From NCBI GenBank assembly GCA_030141605.1, contig JAQGDQ010000020.1:434001-498000 (forward strand): a stretch of 64,000 nt of DNA. Direction: 5' to 3'. The stretch is from Tubiluchus corallicola. Taxonomy: Eukaryota; Animalia; Priapulida. The notes beneath the pieces were generated by a model. The model did no database searches. It was not told the DNA's origin and saw only the letters and a program-made list of their open reading frames with translations. A program made the translations under genes and the position numbers. This document shows, piece by piece, positions 51,101 to 61,800 of this stretch. How positions within the stretch are numbered: the first letter of the stretch is position 1; each line of letters begins with the position of its first letter.

Positions 51101-52768
51101 TACCTTCTGGTAAGATTTTTCAATATTTTAAAGTTCCTGGCTGTATTTTTTAATAGCGTCTCTTGTGCTGTCATTAAAAGCTCATTTGGAGAAACAAGGG
51201 CCAACTTCTCAAGGGTCTACTGCATATAAGTAAGTACAAGATAATCTGGAACTGTGTTAAATGTAGTTGTATTTTGAACATGATTGTTTCAATAATATTC
51301 AACTGTTGATAATTTGTTAGTTTGCTATGGCCTTTTCAGTGTATTTGAATTAAGGCATTATGGAAAATTAAATACATAAAGACATTTAGTTTTATTTTAC
51401 ATGGTTAAAAGCTTCTGAGACTCATTTAGCACTTATTGAGCAAGCTGTATAAGTTCACTTAGTGCTCTTAAGTTGATGAGACATTTTTTTTGGCATCTGT
51501 GAATAAATGTATGTTTCATTCATACCCTACTTTTCGTACTTTTTCCAGTTGCACACTGATAGCAATATTTTGAATTCAAGTTGGTACATTATCAGGTTGT
51601 CTAGAGAAACAGCTATTAAGATTAAATAGCCTGAAAAGTTTTTGAATTTTTTGCATTCGAGATTATTATCCTGTCTGTATATAACACATATATTATATGT
51701 AGATAATATTATTGTAGTCTGTGTAAAATGCAATAAAACTGGTGTCAGAAGCTGCAATTTTTAACTCACAAATTTAAAATGAACATCTTTTATCTCCCTA
51801 TGCATATTGCATAGGATGATTAAATTTAATATAGTTAAATTTATAGATTTATACATTTCAGAAAAGATGATGATGCAGAAAGGTTGCTGAATCGTGTTCA
51901 AAAAATGCTACAACAGTGGTGTTCAATGCAGAAAGATGCTTTGAAAAAGGAGTTTTTAAATGCAGATAATTATAGGTAATTAAGCCTGGGCAGTATGGGC
52001 TAACAAGGCTAATTAAATGAGCCATAGAGTTGAACTTTCATAAGTGTTTACAACTATGTAAGAGGAAAGCATTAAGTTTGAAATTCCAAAGTAAACAGTG
52101 TTGATAAGTGTGCTTTAATTATAAGCCTTGCAGTAACTTTTTACCATTACACCAGAAACTGGTATTTTGGTGTTTGATATTTTGTGCAAAAAAGTCATAT
52201 TGTTCGGTCGAGGCAACACAAGCATTTGGCACAAGCAAGTATATGTACGTGTTAATGACGGCAAATCTGTTAAGATAAAAGTTTGATTGGTATAAATTGT
52301 TCTTTTAGGAGTGGATTCAAATCTGGCTACATTGAGAAAAATGAGCTGAAAGTCCTTTGTCGACGTGCCAATATTCCTTTGGACGATGACATACTGGATT
52401 TGGTAAATATTTTAAAAAATTGTTTTAAACTCATTCTTTTGCATAACTTTGGAAAATGTCTAAAGAGATACGTACTTGCATAATGCATGTGTAAGATAGT
52501 ACACGCATGAAAAACATGCTGGAAAAACACCTTTAATTATTAAAAATGGCTGAGTCATCAAAAAAACCTAGAAACATGTCTTGATAGAACTAATTGTTAG
52601 CATGATCTGTAAAAATTCACAAATTATTGATTCTGACTAATTAAATCACTCATATCTTTGTTTGCTGGATTGTTACTTGACCAAAAGGAAGAAAACTCGG
52701 TGATGATAACCAAGATGTTTGTTTTCTGGTACTTTTATGTTCTTAAACATACAAGTATTATATACTTG

Positions 52769-52801
<33 letters not shown>

Positions 52802-53057
52802 TATATATAAATATATATATATACATAAATATATATATATAAAGCAAAATACACTAACATAGCATAGCACTTATGATTGAACAACAGTACATTGCCAGGC
52901 TTGATCAAGGATGGAGTACAGTTTACTGTCCAACATCAGAAACAGTTAGTTATAAATAATATTAAATTTATTTCAGGTTATTGCACAATGCACCGATTAT
53001 GATGACAACCTCATCAACTTCAAAAAGTTCCAGCAATTTTTTATCTCTGCAGAATGA
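42096..53057 (+). CDS. EFHC1: EF-hand domain-containing protein 1 (EFHC1/myoclonin/Rib72), complete, 669 aa
   Basis: Exons 42096-42143, 42753-43049, 43361-43510, 44882-45019, 46830-47057, 47276-47396, 47500-47605, 49106-49229, 49941-50081, 50313-50424, 50615-50797, 51157-51229, 51862-51975, 52309-52402, 52977-53057 total 2010 nt, open to TGA. N-terminal LPGYSFKDP, three DM10 repeats (FDKKVLKF..YYLEDD; [14 protein letters not shown]; VLRY..YRLADD) and a C-terminal EF-hand-like region. Confidence 0.95.
42753..43049 (+). CDS. EFHC1: EFHC1 exon 2
   Basis: [29 protein letters not shown]. Confidence 0.9.
43361..43510 (+). CDS. EFHC1: EFHC1 exon 3 (DM10-1)
   Basis: [29 protein letters not shown]. 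Confidence 0.92.
44882..45019 (+). CDS. EFHC1: EFHC1 exon 4
   Basis: [28 protein letters not shown]. Confidence 0.92.
46830..47057 (+). CDS. EFHC1: EFHC1 exon 5
   Basis: [29 protein letters not shown]. Confidence 0.92.
47276..47396 (+). CDS. EFHC1: EFHC1 exon 6
   Basis: [27 protein letters not shown]. Confidence 0.92.
47500..47605 (+). CDS. EFHC1: EFHC1 exon 7
   Basis: [19 protein letters not shown]; phase 1-2. Confidence 0.9.
47826..48622. mobile_element. Foldback-type non-autonomous element with tandem-repeat arms, in EFHC1 intron 7
   Basis: About 7 copies of GGTAAAAATGGCACA (47834-47930) and about 5 inverted copies (48540-48614); internal TAACCCTAACCCTAA at 48508-48522. Confidence 0.8.
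48390..48481. mobile_element. End of a Helentron/HINE-like repeat nested in the foldback element
   Basis: (ACAA/ACAG)n tract followed by a short hairpin AACTTCTTTGGCAGAGGT; family assignment from recall. Confidence 0.5.
49106..49229 (+). CDS. EFHC1: EFHC1 exon 8
   Basis: [18 protein letters not shown]. Confidence 0.9.
49839..49866. repeat. (ATT)n microsatellite
   Basis: Directly visible. Confidence 0.9.
49941..50081 (+). CDS. EFHC1: EFHC1 exon 9
   Basis: [27 protein letters not shown]. Confidence 0.92.
50313..50424 (+). CDS. EFHC1: EFHC1 exon 10
   Basis: [28 protein letters not shown]. Confidence 0.92.
50615..50797 (+). CDS. EFHC1: EFHC1 exon 11
   Basis: [27 protein letters not shown]. 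Confidence 0.92.
51157..51229 (+). CDS. EFHC1: EFHC1 exon 12
   Basis: Phase 1-2 linker exon that keeps the frame; strong donor gtaagt. Confidence 0.78.
51862..51975 (+). CDS. EFHC1: EFHC1 exon 13
   Basis: ttcag|[14 protein letters not shown]|gtaatt. Confidence 0.82.
52309..52402 (+). CDS. EFHC1: EFHC1 exon 14 (EF-hand-like)
   Basis: [26 protein letters not shown]. Confidence 0.85.
52769..52841. repeat. Interrupted (TA)n microsatellite
   Basis: Directly visible. Confidence 0.9.
52977..53057 (+). CDS. EFHC1: EFHC1 exon 15 (terminal)
   Basis: [26 protein letters not shown] then TGA. Confidence 0.85.
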   Translation, partial: VIAQCTDYDDNLINFKKFQQFFISAE

Positions 53058-53386
53058 ATAATCAAACATTGGAAAGATAAAGAAAACTGTGATAACTAGA
53101 CATTTTTACATTCTTGCATAATCTTGTACTGTGGTTTTGCTGTATGCATCATATTTGCATTTATAGTGTAGAAATAATTTTATCATTGAAATACTTGCTC
53201 TTATAATTGTTTAGTGGCTCTTTTAATTTACCAACGAGTAACAATTCACTGGGTCTGTTTTAATGTTTCTAGTCGTATGTACAATTCAAGTAAAGTCTAC
53301 TATAAAATTAAGCTAATAACATAGACTTGTATATTGTTGACTAATTAGCATTAAAATATTCTGATATGCTAAACAGTGTTGATTTA

Positions 53387-53392
53387 AATAAA
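53387..53392 (+). terminator. Probable EFHC1 polyadenylation signal
   Basis: AATAAA about 330 nt after the stop, followed by T/GT-rich sequence. Confidence 0.5.
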
Positions 53393-54159
53393 AGGTGTCT
53401 GCTTTTTGCTTCAATTTGAGGTTTAGGTATTTCTTTAATTTGTGATTTGTTATAGTAGGAAGAAATAAATGAATATATTTGTGTGTCTGTGTTTGTGCAC
53501 TAGTAAATCTTGTAGTATTTACCAGATGAAATATTTTGACTGCCTCAGGAAACTGCTTTAATAACTAAGAGGTACATATTTTTTTTATATTCATGGAGGC
53601 TTTCACTGAATGAAATATGCAAGGCCAAATACATTAGATCTATAGGCAATGCTATAAAAAAATTTGACAAAGTGTAAGAGCATAAGTTTATGCCATAATT
53701 AATAATTATAGGGAAAGCACAAACATTTTAAGGTAACAGAATGCTAAGTACTAAATTACTGTGAATCTTTGGCCTTTTTATTACTTTTTATGCCAGAAAT
53801 GTCAGTTACTGGCTGCTTATTGATGGGTGACCAGCTAACTGAATGGCAAACTATTAATGAATAAATATTGTTATTAATTAATTTGTATTAATAATTTTAA
53901 TATAATAATAATAATATAATATATTTTTGAATGAATTATTGACTGCACATATACTGAATAAGACACTATTAATTAGCTTACTTCCCGCTGCCGACGTTTT
54001 AGTGATCTCAGCCAACCGACGTTTTCAAAATTTTGCTCAAATATATTTTGCGAAATTGTAAGTACGGGTTTCTTGGAGAGATTTCTATGGCTTATTACAA
54101 AACGCTACTTTTGAAAACGTTTCTACATTTCTACAATGGTCAGCAAATGGCTTCTCTCA

Positions 54160-54420
54160 ACAATACAGCAAAGTAAACATGGACCGCAAAGCGACCATCT
54201 CCTCCCAACGAACCGTCGTACTATTATGTGCAATAGATCCTGTGACTCTGACCTTTGACACTGAGACCCCAATTAAAGTCGACGGCTTGCTTATGGATTT
54301 GGCTTGAAATTTGTCCACAAAGCAAATGGCGGAATAACGGACGCACACTTGGATGGACAGACAGCTACAAACAGAGGGCATTACTATATCCTCTCATGCA
54401 ATTTTGTTGCGAGGGGATAA
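54160..54420 (+). mobile_element. Helentron/HINE-like non-autonomous repeat
   Basis: TGACCTTTGAC core, GGAC/AGAC microsatellite, terminal hairpin TATCCTCTC..GCAA..TTGC GAGGGGATA; left boundary approximate. Confidence 0.55.
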
Positions 54421-55621
54421 TGAGAAATTATGCACATGGAATGTAATCAATAACCACATTACTTGTATAGTTCATCGTTCGCGCATAAAATGTTTTTGAA
54501 CGGTTTTTGCTATTCTAAATTTTAATTCTGTCTCCCACGATATATTTATTTCAAAGTCAGAAAATATCTGAGTATACGTGGTAATGATAGCCAGCTTAAA
54601 GGCTTAAGTTAAACAGAGCTAGTCTCATTTAATAAATATATGGATGAAGACTAGGATAAACTGCGTTTCTTCTTCCTCCAACGATTTTCCCGGTAGGTAT
54701 TATATAAGGGATTATTTAGATTTCCTAGAAGCCAACATCTTCCAGGAATCTACGAGTGTCCCAATCTATCCGATATTTTTTCAAGCTTAAGTGACGCTTG
54801 AATTAGTGTTGAAGATTTTGGAAGAAGTTTTGTTAGACGAACAGCCAGCCTGCATTTCAGAAAACTGTAAAATGGAAGCTCACTATAAACACTGTCTCCG
54901 ATGACCCCATGAATTTTTTTTAGTTTCCGTATTTTTATAATCTTGTGCTTTAAAATTTGTTATAGGCTTATACTAAATATATGCAATTGTGCTAATACAG
55001 CGATTTTTGTCATTATACGTGACAACTGAACCAAAAAACTGTACAGGCACAGTGACAGCATAATTATAGGTGATAAAATTTGCTGTTTTTGTTACTTAAA
55101 CCTTTTATCGCCATCATATTTTATCTTATGCAAAACGCAGATCAGTAGCAGCTGGTACATCTATCATTTTTCGTCTGGTAATTTTAGAATTACCAGAACA
55201 TTGTTATTTCACGCCTTTAAAAAGAACGTTAGCAAATGTACCACAAACAAATTACTTGTAGTTCTATGTTTTTAGGAGCTGGCGTACGTAGCCCCTTTAC
55301 GCACTAATCTTTTTAGGGGGCGATTTGCATAAAAATAGACGTTACTACGTGAGGCAATTTATTATTGAATTAAAAGAAGCAACGCTTCTTTAATAGCCTT
55401 TTGCTTCTGAAAATGGAAATTCTACCTCAGCACCCCAATTTGCTTACATCACAAAGAAAAACACATCAAATCTTCCCCTAGAAACAACCAAGCTTTTCTA
55501 CAGAAGTTTGAACGCGTGCGTTTTAGAATAATTATTTTTAAGAACGTTTTAACTTTGTAAGCGCGCTTCTTAGCAGAGCAGAGAAACAAACGTTTCAATT
55601 TTTACCTTCAATGTAAATGCA

Positions 55622-55804
55622 ATGACTGAAATAAAAAGAAAAAACTCACCTGTAGTGAAAGCTGAAGACGCTGAATGCGGAACTCGCAAGAAGAAGGATA
55701 AGAAAGAAGTAGATGTGACAGCCGAGAATGTTCGATTAGCCCTAGATGAATTAATGAAAGAAAACCGACTGGACCCTAGAGGAACTATTTCTTTTGAAAA
55801 TTTG
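55622..55804 (+). CDS. Ankyrin gene exon 1
   Basis: gcaATG; ends TTG|gtaatt, phase 0; Lys-rich RKKKDKK. Confidence 0.65.
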
Positions 55805-58800
55805 GTAATTCTTGTGAAACGCAGTAACTTGTAGCTATAGCAGCTAGTTTTTTTGTTATGATAGGTCAGATAAATATTATTATCTTGGTCTGTCATAGCC
55901 AAGTGTGTTAATATTAGCTCTAACCCTTAGCTTTTTTCCCTTGGGTACGTTTAACCACAATTGTCGTAAAAAGTAAAATTATTGAGCGTGTGATTTTTGT
56001 ACAGTTATAGTGTGTATGAACACTCATCTACTAAACATCGAAAAAGTTTCTTGATATCAACTGCACTACATGTCTCTCAGTCGTCTTACATTTTGGTTAA
56101 TCCTGTTTGCAAATTTCAAATCAACGGTGTTTTTATACTTTAGTAGAAGCCGTTGTTTATTCTTGTTGTTGTTGTTGCTGTTAAAAATATAACGTCCTTA
56201 TAAGGTCGACAGAGGTCTGGTATGTGGTTGATTTTACTGATCTGTTTGAAATCTAATATATCTGTAGTGTAATTTGTGGCTGATCAGTCTGGGGTTTCTG
56301 ATTTATCTGAAATCTCATTTGTCACAGATCTGGTTGGTCTGTCTGTGGTCTACGGCTGGTCTATCTGGGGTCTGGTCTTCAGGGCCTACCCACAGACCAA
56401 GACCAACCCCTGTATTACTTTGATACATAATACTGTTCCATAACGAATCTTTTGTTACTTAATGAACCGTAACGACGTTCTCTCCGTGAATTTGCGAAAT
56501 CCCGGACATGCTTTCTTATTTCTTTTATTTTGCAGGATTTTCCGTATCCAACATTATTAGTCGCTGCTTCTGTCGGCCACGTAAAAGCTGTAGAAAAGCT
56601 CATAGAAGATAAGAGTTGCGTCAACGCTAGCTTCAATGACGTAAGTAGACCCTTCGTATCTCTAAACATGTTGCTACCGTAAACTGCATTCTTTCAGCTA
56701 ACAGTTGATTTTTATACAGTTTGGCACTTTCAAGCTGGTCTACAATACTCAATGCTAGCGCCTACTTAATGTGGATGGTGATGGCGGAATTATCAATTAT
56801 CACTATCGGTTCTAATATTCTAAGCTGTAATACTATGCCGGTATGATTTTTGCATATTCGGATGTGAATGCATCGTCCCTCTAAGAGGAAAACAGTTTGA
56901 ATACAATCGCACAGAACGCGGTGGTGTTAATAGTCTCCAACCATGATTTTGCTTAATCTTGGTCACTAAGCTCATGTATTAAGATATTAACATCGACTTT
57001 GTTAACAAACTAATATAAAAATCACCTGTTTGCTTGACATTGCAATTTTAAGGTTATTCTAAATAGAAAAGGCTGAGCAGTTTACTAAGACTTTTATTTG
57101 AATATTCATAAGCAGTATGACAGATAAATTCCTCAGCAGGAATATTGTATCGGCGCCTCCTATCCATTCACTGGCCACTGCTCGAGGTTTTCGCTTGGCT
57201 GACAAATCGGCCCGTCAATCTGTGGCCAACTGAGAAAAACGCTTCTACAGGTCATCAAGCTGTGGTTTTATCTATCAATTTACCTAGGTCATTGCGAGAG
57301 GTAGTACTCACCCTTTAATGAGGCAGTAACACCTATCTGGTCCAATGCTTAAATTGAATTTCGGAGCTCAGTCCATGGGAGTGGGAATGAGGTAGTCACT
57401 AATAGATGTACTGTGTAGTCTAATACAGTTTGCACTCCCATACCTCGTAAACAAATTGGGTTCGCCATGTATAATTAAAAGTAAAGTTTTGTTTTCAATT
57501 TTTATTAAAGGTAGAGTTTACTTAAAGTTCATCGTAATTACAATAGAATAAATTACAAAATTATTTGTAACTGTAACTTATAAAATAATGTGCCTTTTTG
57601 AGGTCTGCAAACCCCTGTATTACATTTTCAATGTCTATTTCGTCTTTGTTCAGGTACATGTGGGCATGGCTGGCAGTACGGCACGGTACGGTACGAAAAA
57701 TACCGCACTTCGTACCTCTAAAAAATACCGTACCATAATTCCGTGCCGGACCTACAAAATCGAATCGTATCGTACTAGTACGATAAAATATCGTACCGTA
57801 ATTCCGTACCAAATTTCGCGCCAAGTGCATGTAGGATCTACTACAAATAAGTAAAGAATGGCATAAAAATTAACTGTAAGAACGATAACTTTATTTGTTA
57901 TTGTTATGAATTTATGCGTGCTATAAAAACTGAGCTACTGTTTGAACTTCTATACTATTTAGTTTATGTTGCGAAAGTTACATAATTACGCAAGAGATAT
58001 AAATTTATTTTGAGTTACTTTTTCTTATAAATAATTTTGTGGCACACATAACAAGTTACGGTCATTAACTAGATTTCATAACTGCTTGTCGTAAATTATG
58101 TGTTCAATAGTGACAAATTTTTAAAGATGATTCAAATTTAGTGTCTTGAGTAAAACATTTGAAACTATACCACGCAAGCTACGCGGGTTAACATAGGTTG
58201 GTACGCCTTGAGTAAAGTGAAGTACGCAACGTAAATCTTTAACTCAATGTTGCACTCAAGCTAAGCAAATTTTTTGAGACAAAAACGAATGGTACAGGTA
58301 AAAATAGCACAGGAAAATTGGCGCGGAAAATAAGGCACAGGTAAGTCAGAGAAAGTTCTTTCTGGTGTGCTTATAGACACTGGAATGACAACACCTATTG
58401 TCAACAGTAAACATAATTTAGGAAACTGTTGTTTGTCACATGCTTTCAGAAGCTCTCGCGAAAGAAGCATATAAATAGTATTTTAAAAGTTTAACCACAA
58501 AAAGCATTTGAAAGAGAAAATACACATAACAAATAAAAATGTTAGCACATTAAATCAAATGTTGTTTATTCGTTAATTCTTCAATTGTTTAATACGATCC
58601 ATCGGACAACTAGGAAACAAAACATTCATAATTTTTTTTAAATTCAGTGAAGGGGAAGTTTTCAGGCTCCCCCCTGGCTACGTGTCTGCTGAATAGTTTT
58701 ATCGAAAAAGTCAAGAGATATTGCAAAATTTTATTACAGGATGGAGCCACAGCCTTACTGGTTTCTTGCAAACACAGCTGGCCAGAAATCACTGAGAGAT

Positions 58801-61800
58801 TGCTGAAAGCTGGAGCTGACGTAAATGCCACGTCTTTGGTAAGTTAATTTTGGCAGCAAAAGAAATTTGAATATTTGTCTAGCCATTTTTTTCTGTCTGT
58901 GTCTATCCTTTTTTCATTTGATAGTTTGCCCAACTCTTGCTTTCGTATACTTTTTCACCTTCTTAATGGAACATCTGCTGGGCAGCGATTTGTCGGTTCA
59001 CTTTTTAATTTGTTTGCTGTTTAAGTTTAGCCATTCTATCAATTGTTTATGCGAGTTATGTTCTGTCTATTGTTAATTCTTTAATCATTTATTTGTCGAT
59101 CGTTCATTAATGCATTAGTTAATTTCTTTATAGATTTGTTTTTGTGAAATTAATTGTTCGCTTATCTGTCCACGCTTTTGTTCGGCCTTTATGTAACACA
59201 GTTGCTCGAGCACGTATTTTTATTGGTTAGTCAACAAATTTCTTTTAATTAACATGAAATTTGTTACTAGAATGTTTTTTTTCATTTTTTCCATTTTATA
59301 GGATGGTTCCAACGCGATCATGATGGCTACAAAGAATGGAAATGCGGCCAATTTTTCACTGCTGATTAACCATGAACCCCACATTGATTTTAGCTACGCT
59401 AATAAGGTAAACCATTCCCGTAATTCCATTCCTAGAACTAGCTATCAAATTCGAAGTATTATTACATGTTTCAATAAAAAAGTTCTAGGTGTCAGGCAAT
59501 GAAAGAAAGTATTACCCACAAGTGAAGGATATTCAAGTCTTCAATACCCAGGTTCCGTTTTAGGTATATCGGTTGACTTCCATCCTAGCATAATTGTTTT
59601 TTTTTAATTTGCCATCGTTTCACCTTTGATATCTAACCAAGGTACAACATCATCTCTACCTTTGAAATATATGCTTTGCTATTGTTGCACGCATGCTGGG
59701 CAGCACTATTGCTCATGTTGATGGGTTAGATTATTGGCAGGCGAATTAGCAGGCTATATTGGCAGACACGATATTGGCAGGCGAACGAGAAAAGAGAGCA
59801 ACCCTGTTGCATCGTATTTAGTTGTGGTATTTAATAAACTTTAATCTTTTCTTTTATCTTCTCTTTTATTAAATAGTGATTTACCATCGACGTCAGTTTT
59901 TATGAACTAATATAAAGAAACAAAAAATTAAGATTATAGGACTAGAATGCCATAAATGGACTGTTTTCGTGTATGGGCCAGAGTTTCTTATATGGTAATA
60001 TCGGATGTGCTTGTCATATAAGAGGTTATGGATTCAGTTTCACAAGCATTTATCATACACTTGTAAAGTGATACTACTGATAACATGCGGATTTGTTTAT
60101 TGATTACTGTGTGTGTAATAATCACTGTTGTGTTTTGAGGGAGAATTGCCCGTGTGTTTGGCGTTGATTTTGGTCGGCAACTAAGTGCGTGACTACCTGA
60201 AATACTGCCTTTGGGCGGTCTCATCTACAACGCTGCCCATGAATCATTTGTTTTGTTGAAGCAGGACGTATTATATGTAGAACCAATGTTGACAAAGATA
60301 TCTTAGAGAATTACCCTTCACAATAAAATAGGTTCTGGTCTTACCACGGCAGCTACATTAAGTAAGATCTGTCAATGAATGCTGGATCCTGGCTTGCAGA
60401 GTGCTAAACTGAATAAAAAAGTCTAAGTAAGGAAACGGGCTTTGTTTTAGCATGTGCTGCAAAGGGGAAGTGAAATCAAAGAAATAAGACTTCGGCAAAG
60501 AAGTGAAGCAAAAAGTTATTATCAGACATTTCGACAATTAAAAGCAAGAGCGTAAATGAATGTTTAAAGTATATTCGGATAACACAAAGTATTTTTAATT
60601 ATTGGACAAATTTTCACTACTAACTACATGTAATTCAAAAAGAGCAGATCGTCAAGGCACCATAATCGTCGACGTACTACCACAGTTTCCTATGTTTTCC
60701 TGTATGGCTTACGTACAGTCACTCACGAAAAGTTCTGCACTCATGCATTTGCAAAATATAATTTATGTAGTCGCTTTTTGTTAATAATTCATTGTTTTAG
60801 TGACAGCGCGCCATTTCCGCACTAGCTATAAATGGGCTCTTTTAGCTGAGTCACCAGCGCGAATATTTATTAGCTGTTCATTAATTTTTAATAGTGCATG
60901 ATGAATAGCAGGGCGTTTGTTTTGTTTAAATTTCCTTATGCTATTCTTGCTTGGTAAGGTTGCAAACAAATAAACAGTAATTATGTAGCAAGACCTTGCA
61001 AACAATTGTTTACGTCGATACGAAAACCTATGTGTTAGCAACCAAGCTACAATTCTGAATCATACATTTTGCTTTAGCTAGGTGAAACAGTACTCATTAT
61101 AGCTGCTGAAAGAGGCTGGGAAAGCTGTGTTGATTTTCTTCTTAAACGACCCAATGTGAACAAATTTAAAAACTTGCAGCGGTACGCCGATGGTAATTCC
61201 GCACTCCATCTAGCGGCAGAAAACGGCTATCCAGCAGTACTGCTTAAGCTACTTGAAGCTAAATGTAACGCTCTTCTGGAAAATAAGGTACCAATAACTA
61301 GTACTAAGTACTTACCAATTTTGTTGTAACGCGCAAGCTCACGCAATGGCTTCAAGTTTTTTTACTACACGTATAATTTGCGTTTGTGTCAATAATGAAC
61401 GCTATTAACAGGCCAAAGACTTTAACCTAGCCTATGAGGCTCTGCTAAAATCTCGGTCGCCTAGCCCCAAATGTCAGAAGTGATGCCAAATCTGTTTTCA
61501 TTTGTGGTTGTAATTTGTTTATATATGTTTGTTTATTTGTTTGTTTAATTGTTTGCACATTTGCTTGTTTGTTTTAATGTTTTGCTATAAATGAGAAAAA
61601 AGTGTATTTGTCGTATGTAGCCATTGCATTTGCCATATATGAATGTTGGTCATTGATAAGGGTAATTAGTTTTTGCATACACAATTTATGTTTCTGATAT
61701 TTTTAGGCTGGGATTACCCCTGTTTGCCTGGCATTGGTCAGTAAAGTACCAAAGATGAAGGAAACGCTATGGAAAGAATGCAAATGCAGTCCAAAAGATT

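Larger units (their letters stand above)
57575..58460 (-). mobile_element. hAT transposase C-terminal dimerisation-domain fossil, interrupted by later insertions
   Basis: LKACDKQQFPKLCLLLTIGVVIPVSISTPERTFSDL (about 58450-58342) and MYLNKDEIDIENVIQGFADLK (57659-57597) match the two ends of the hATC domain. Confidence 0.78.

Noticed and set aside
54645-54904. Protein-like plus-strand stretch upstream of the ankyrin gene
   Set aside because: Internal TAA, no splice link to the ankyrin gene and no recognisable domain.
57375-57446. let-7-like TGAGGTAGT seed with nearby complementary stretches
   Set aside because: Only 9 nt match let-7, and the complementary blocks are in A-B-A'-B' order, which cannot form a pre-miRNA hairpin.
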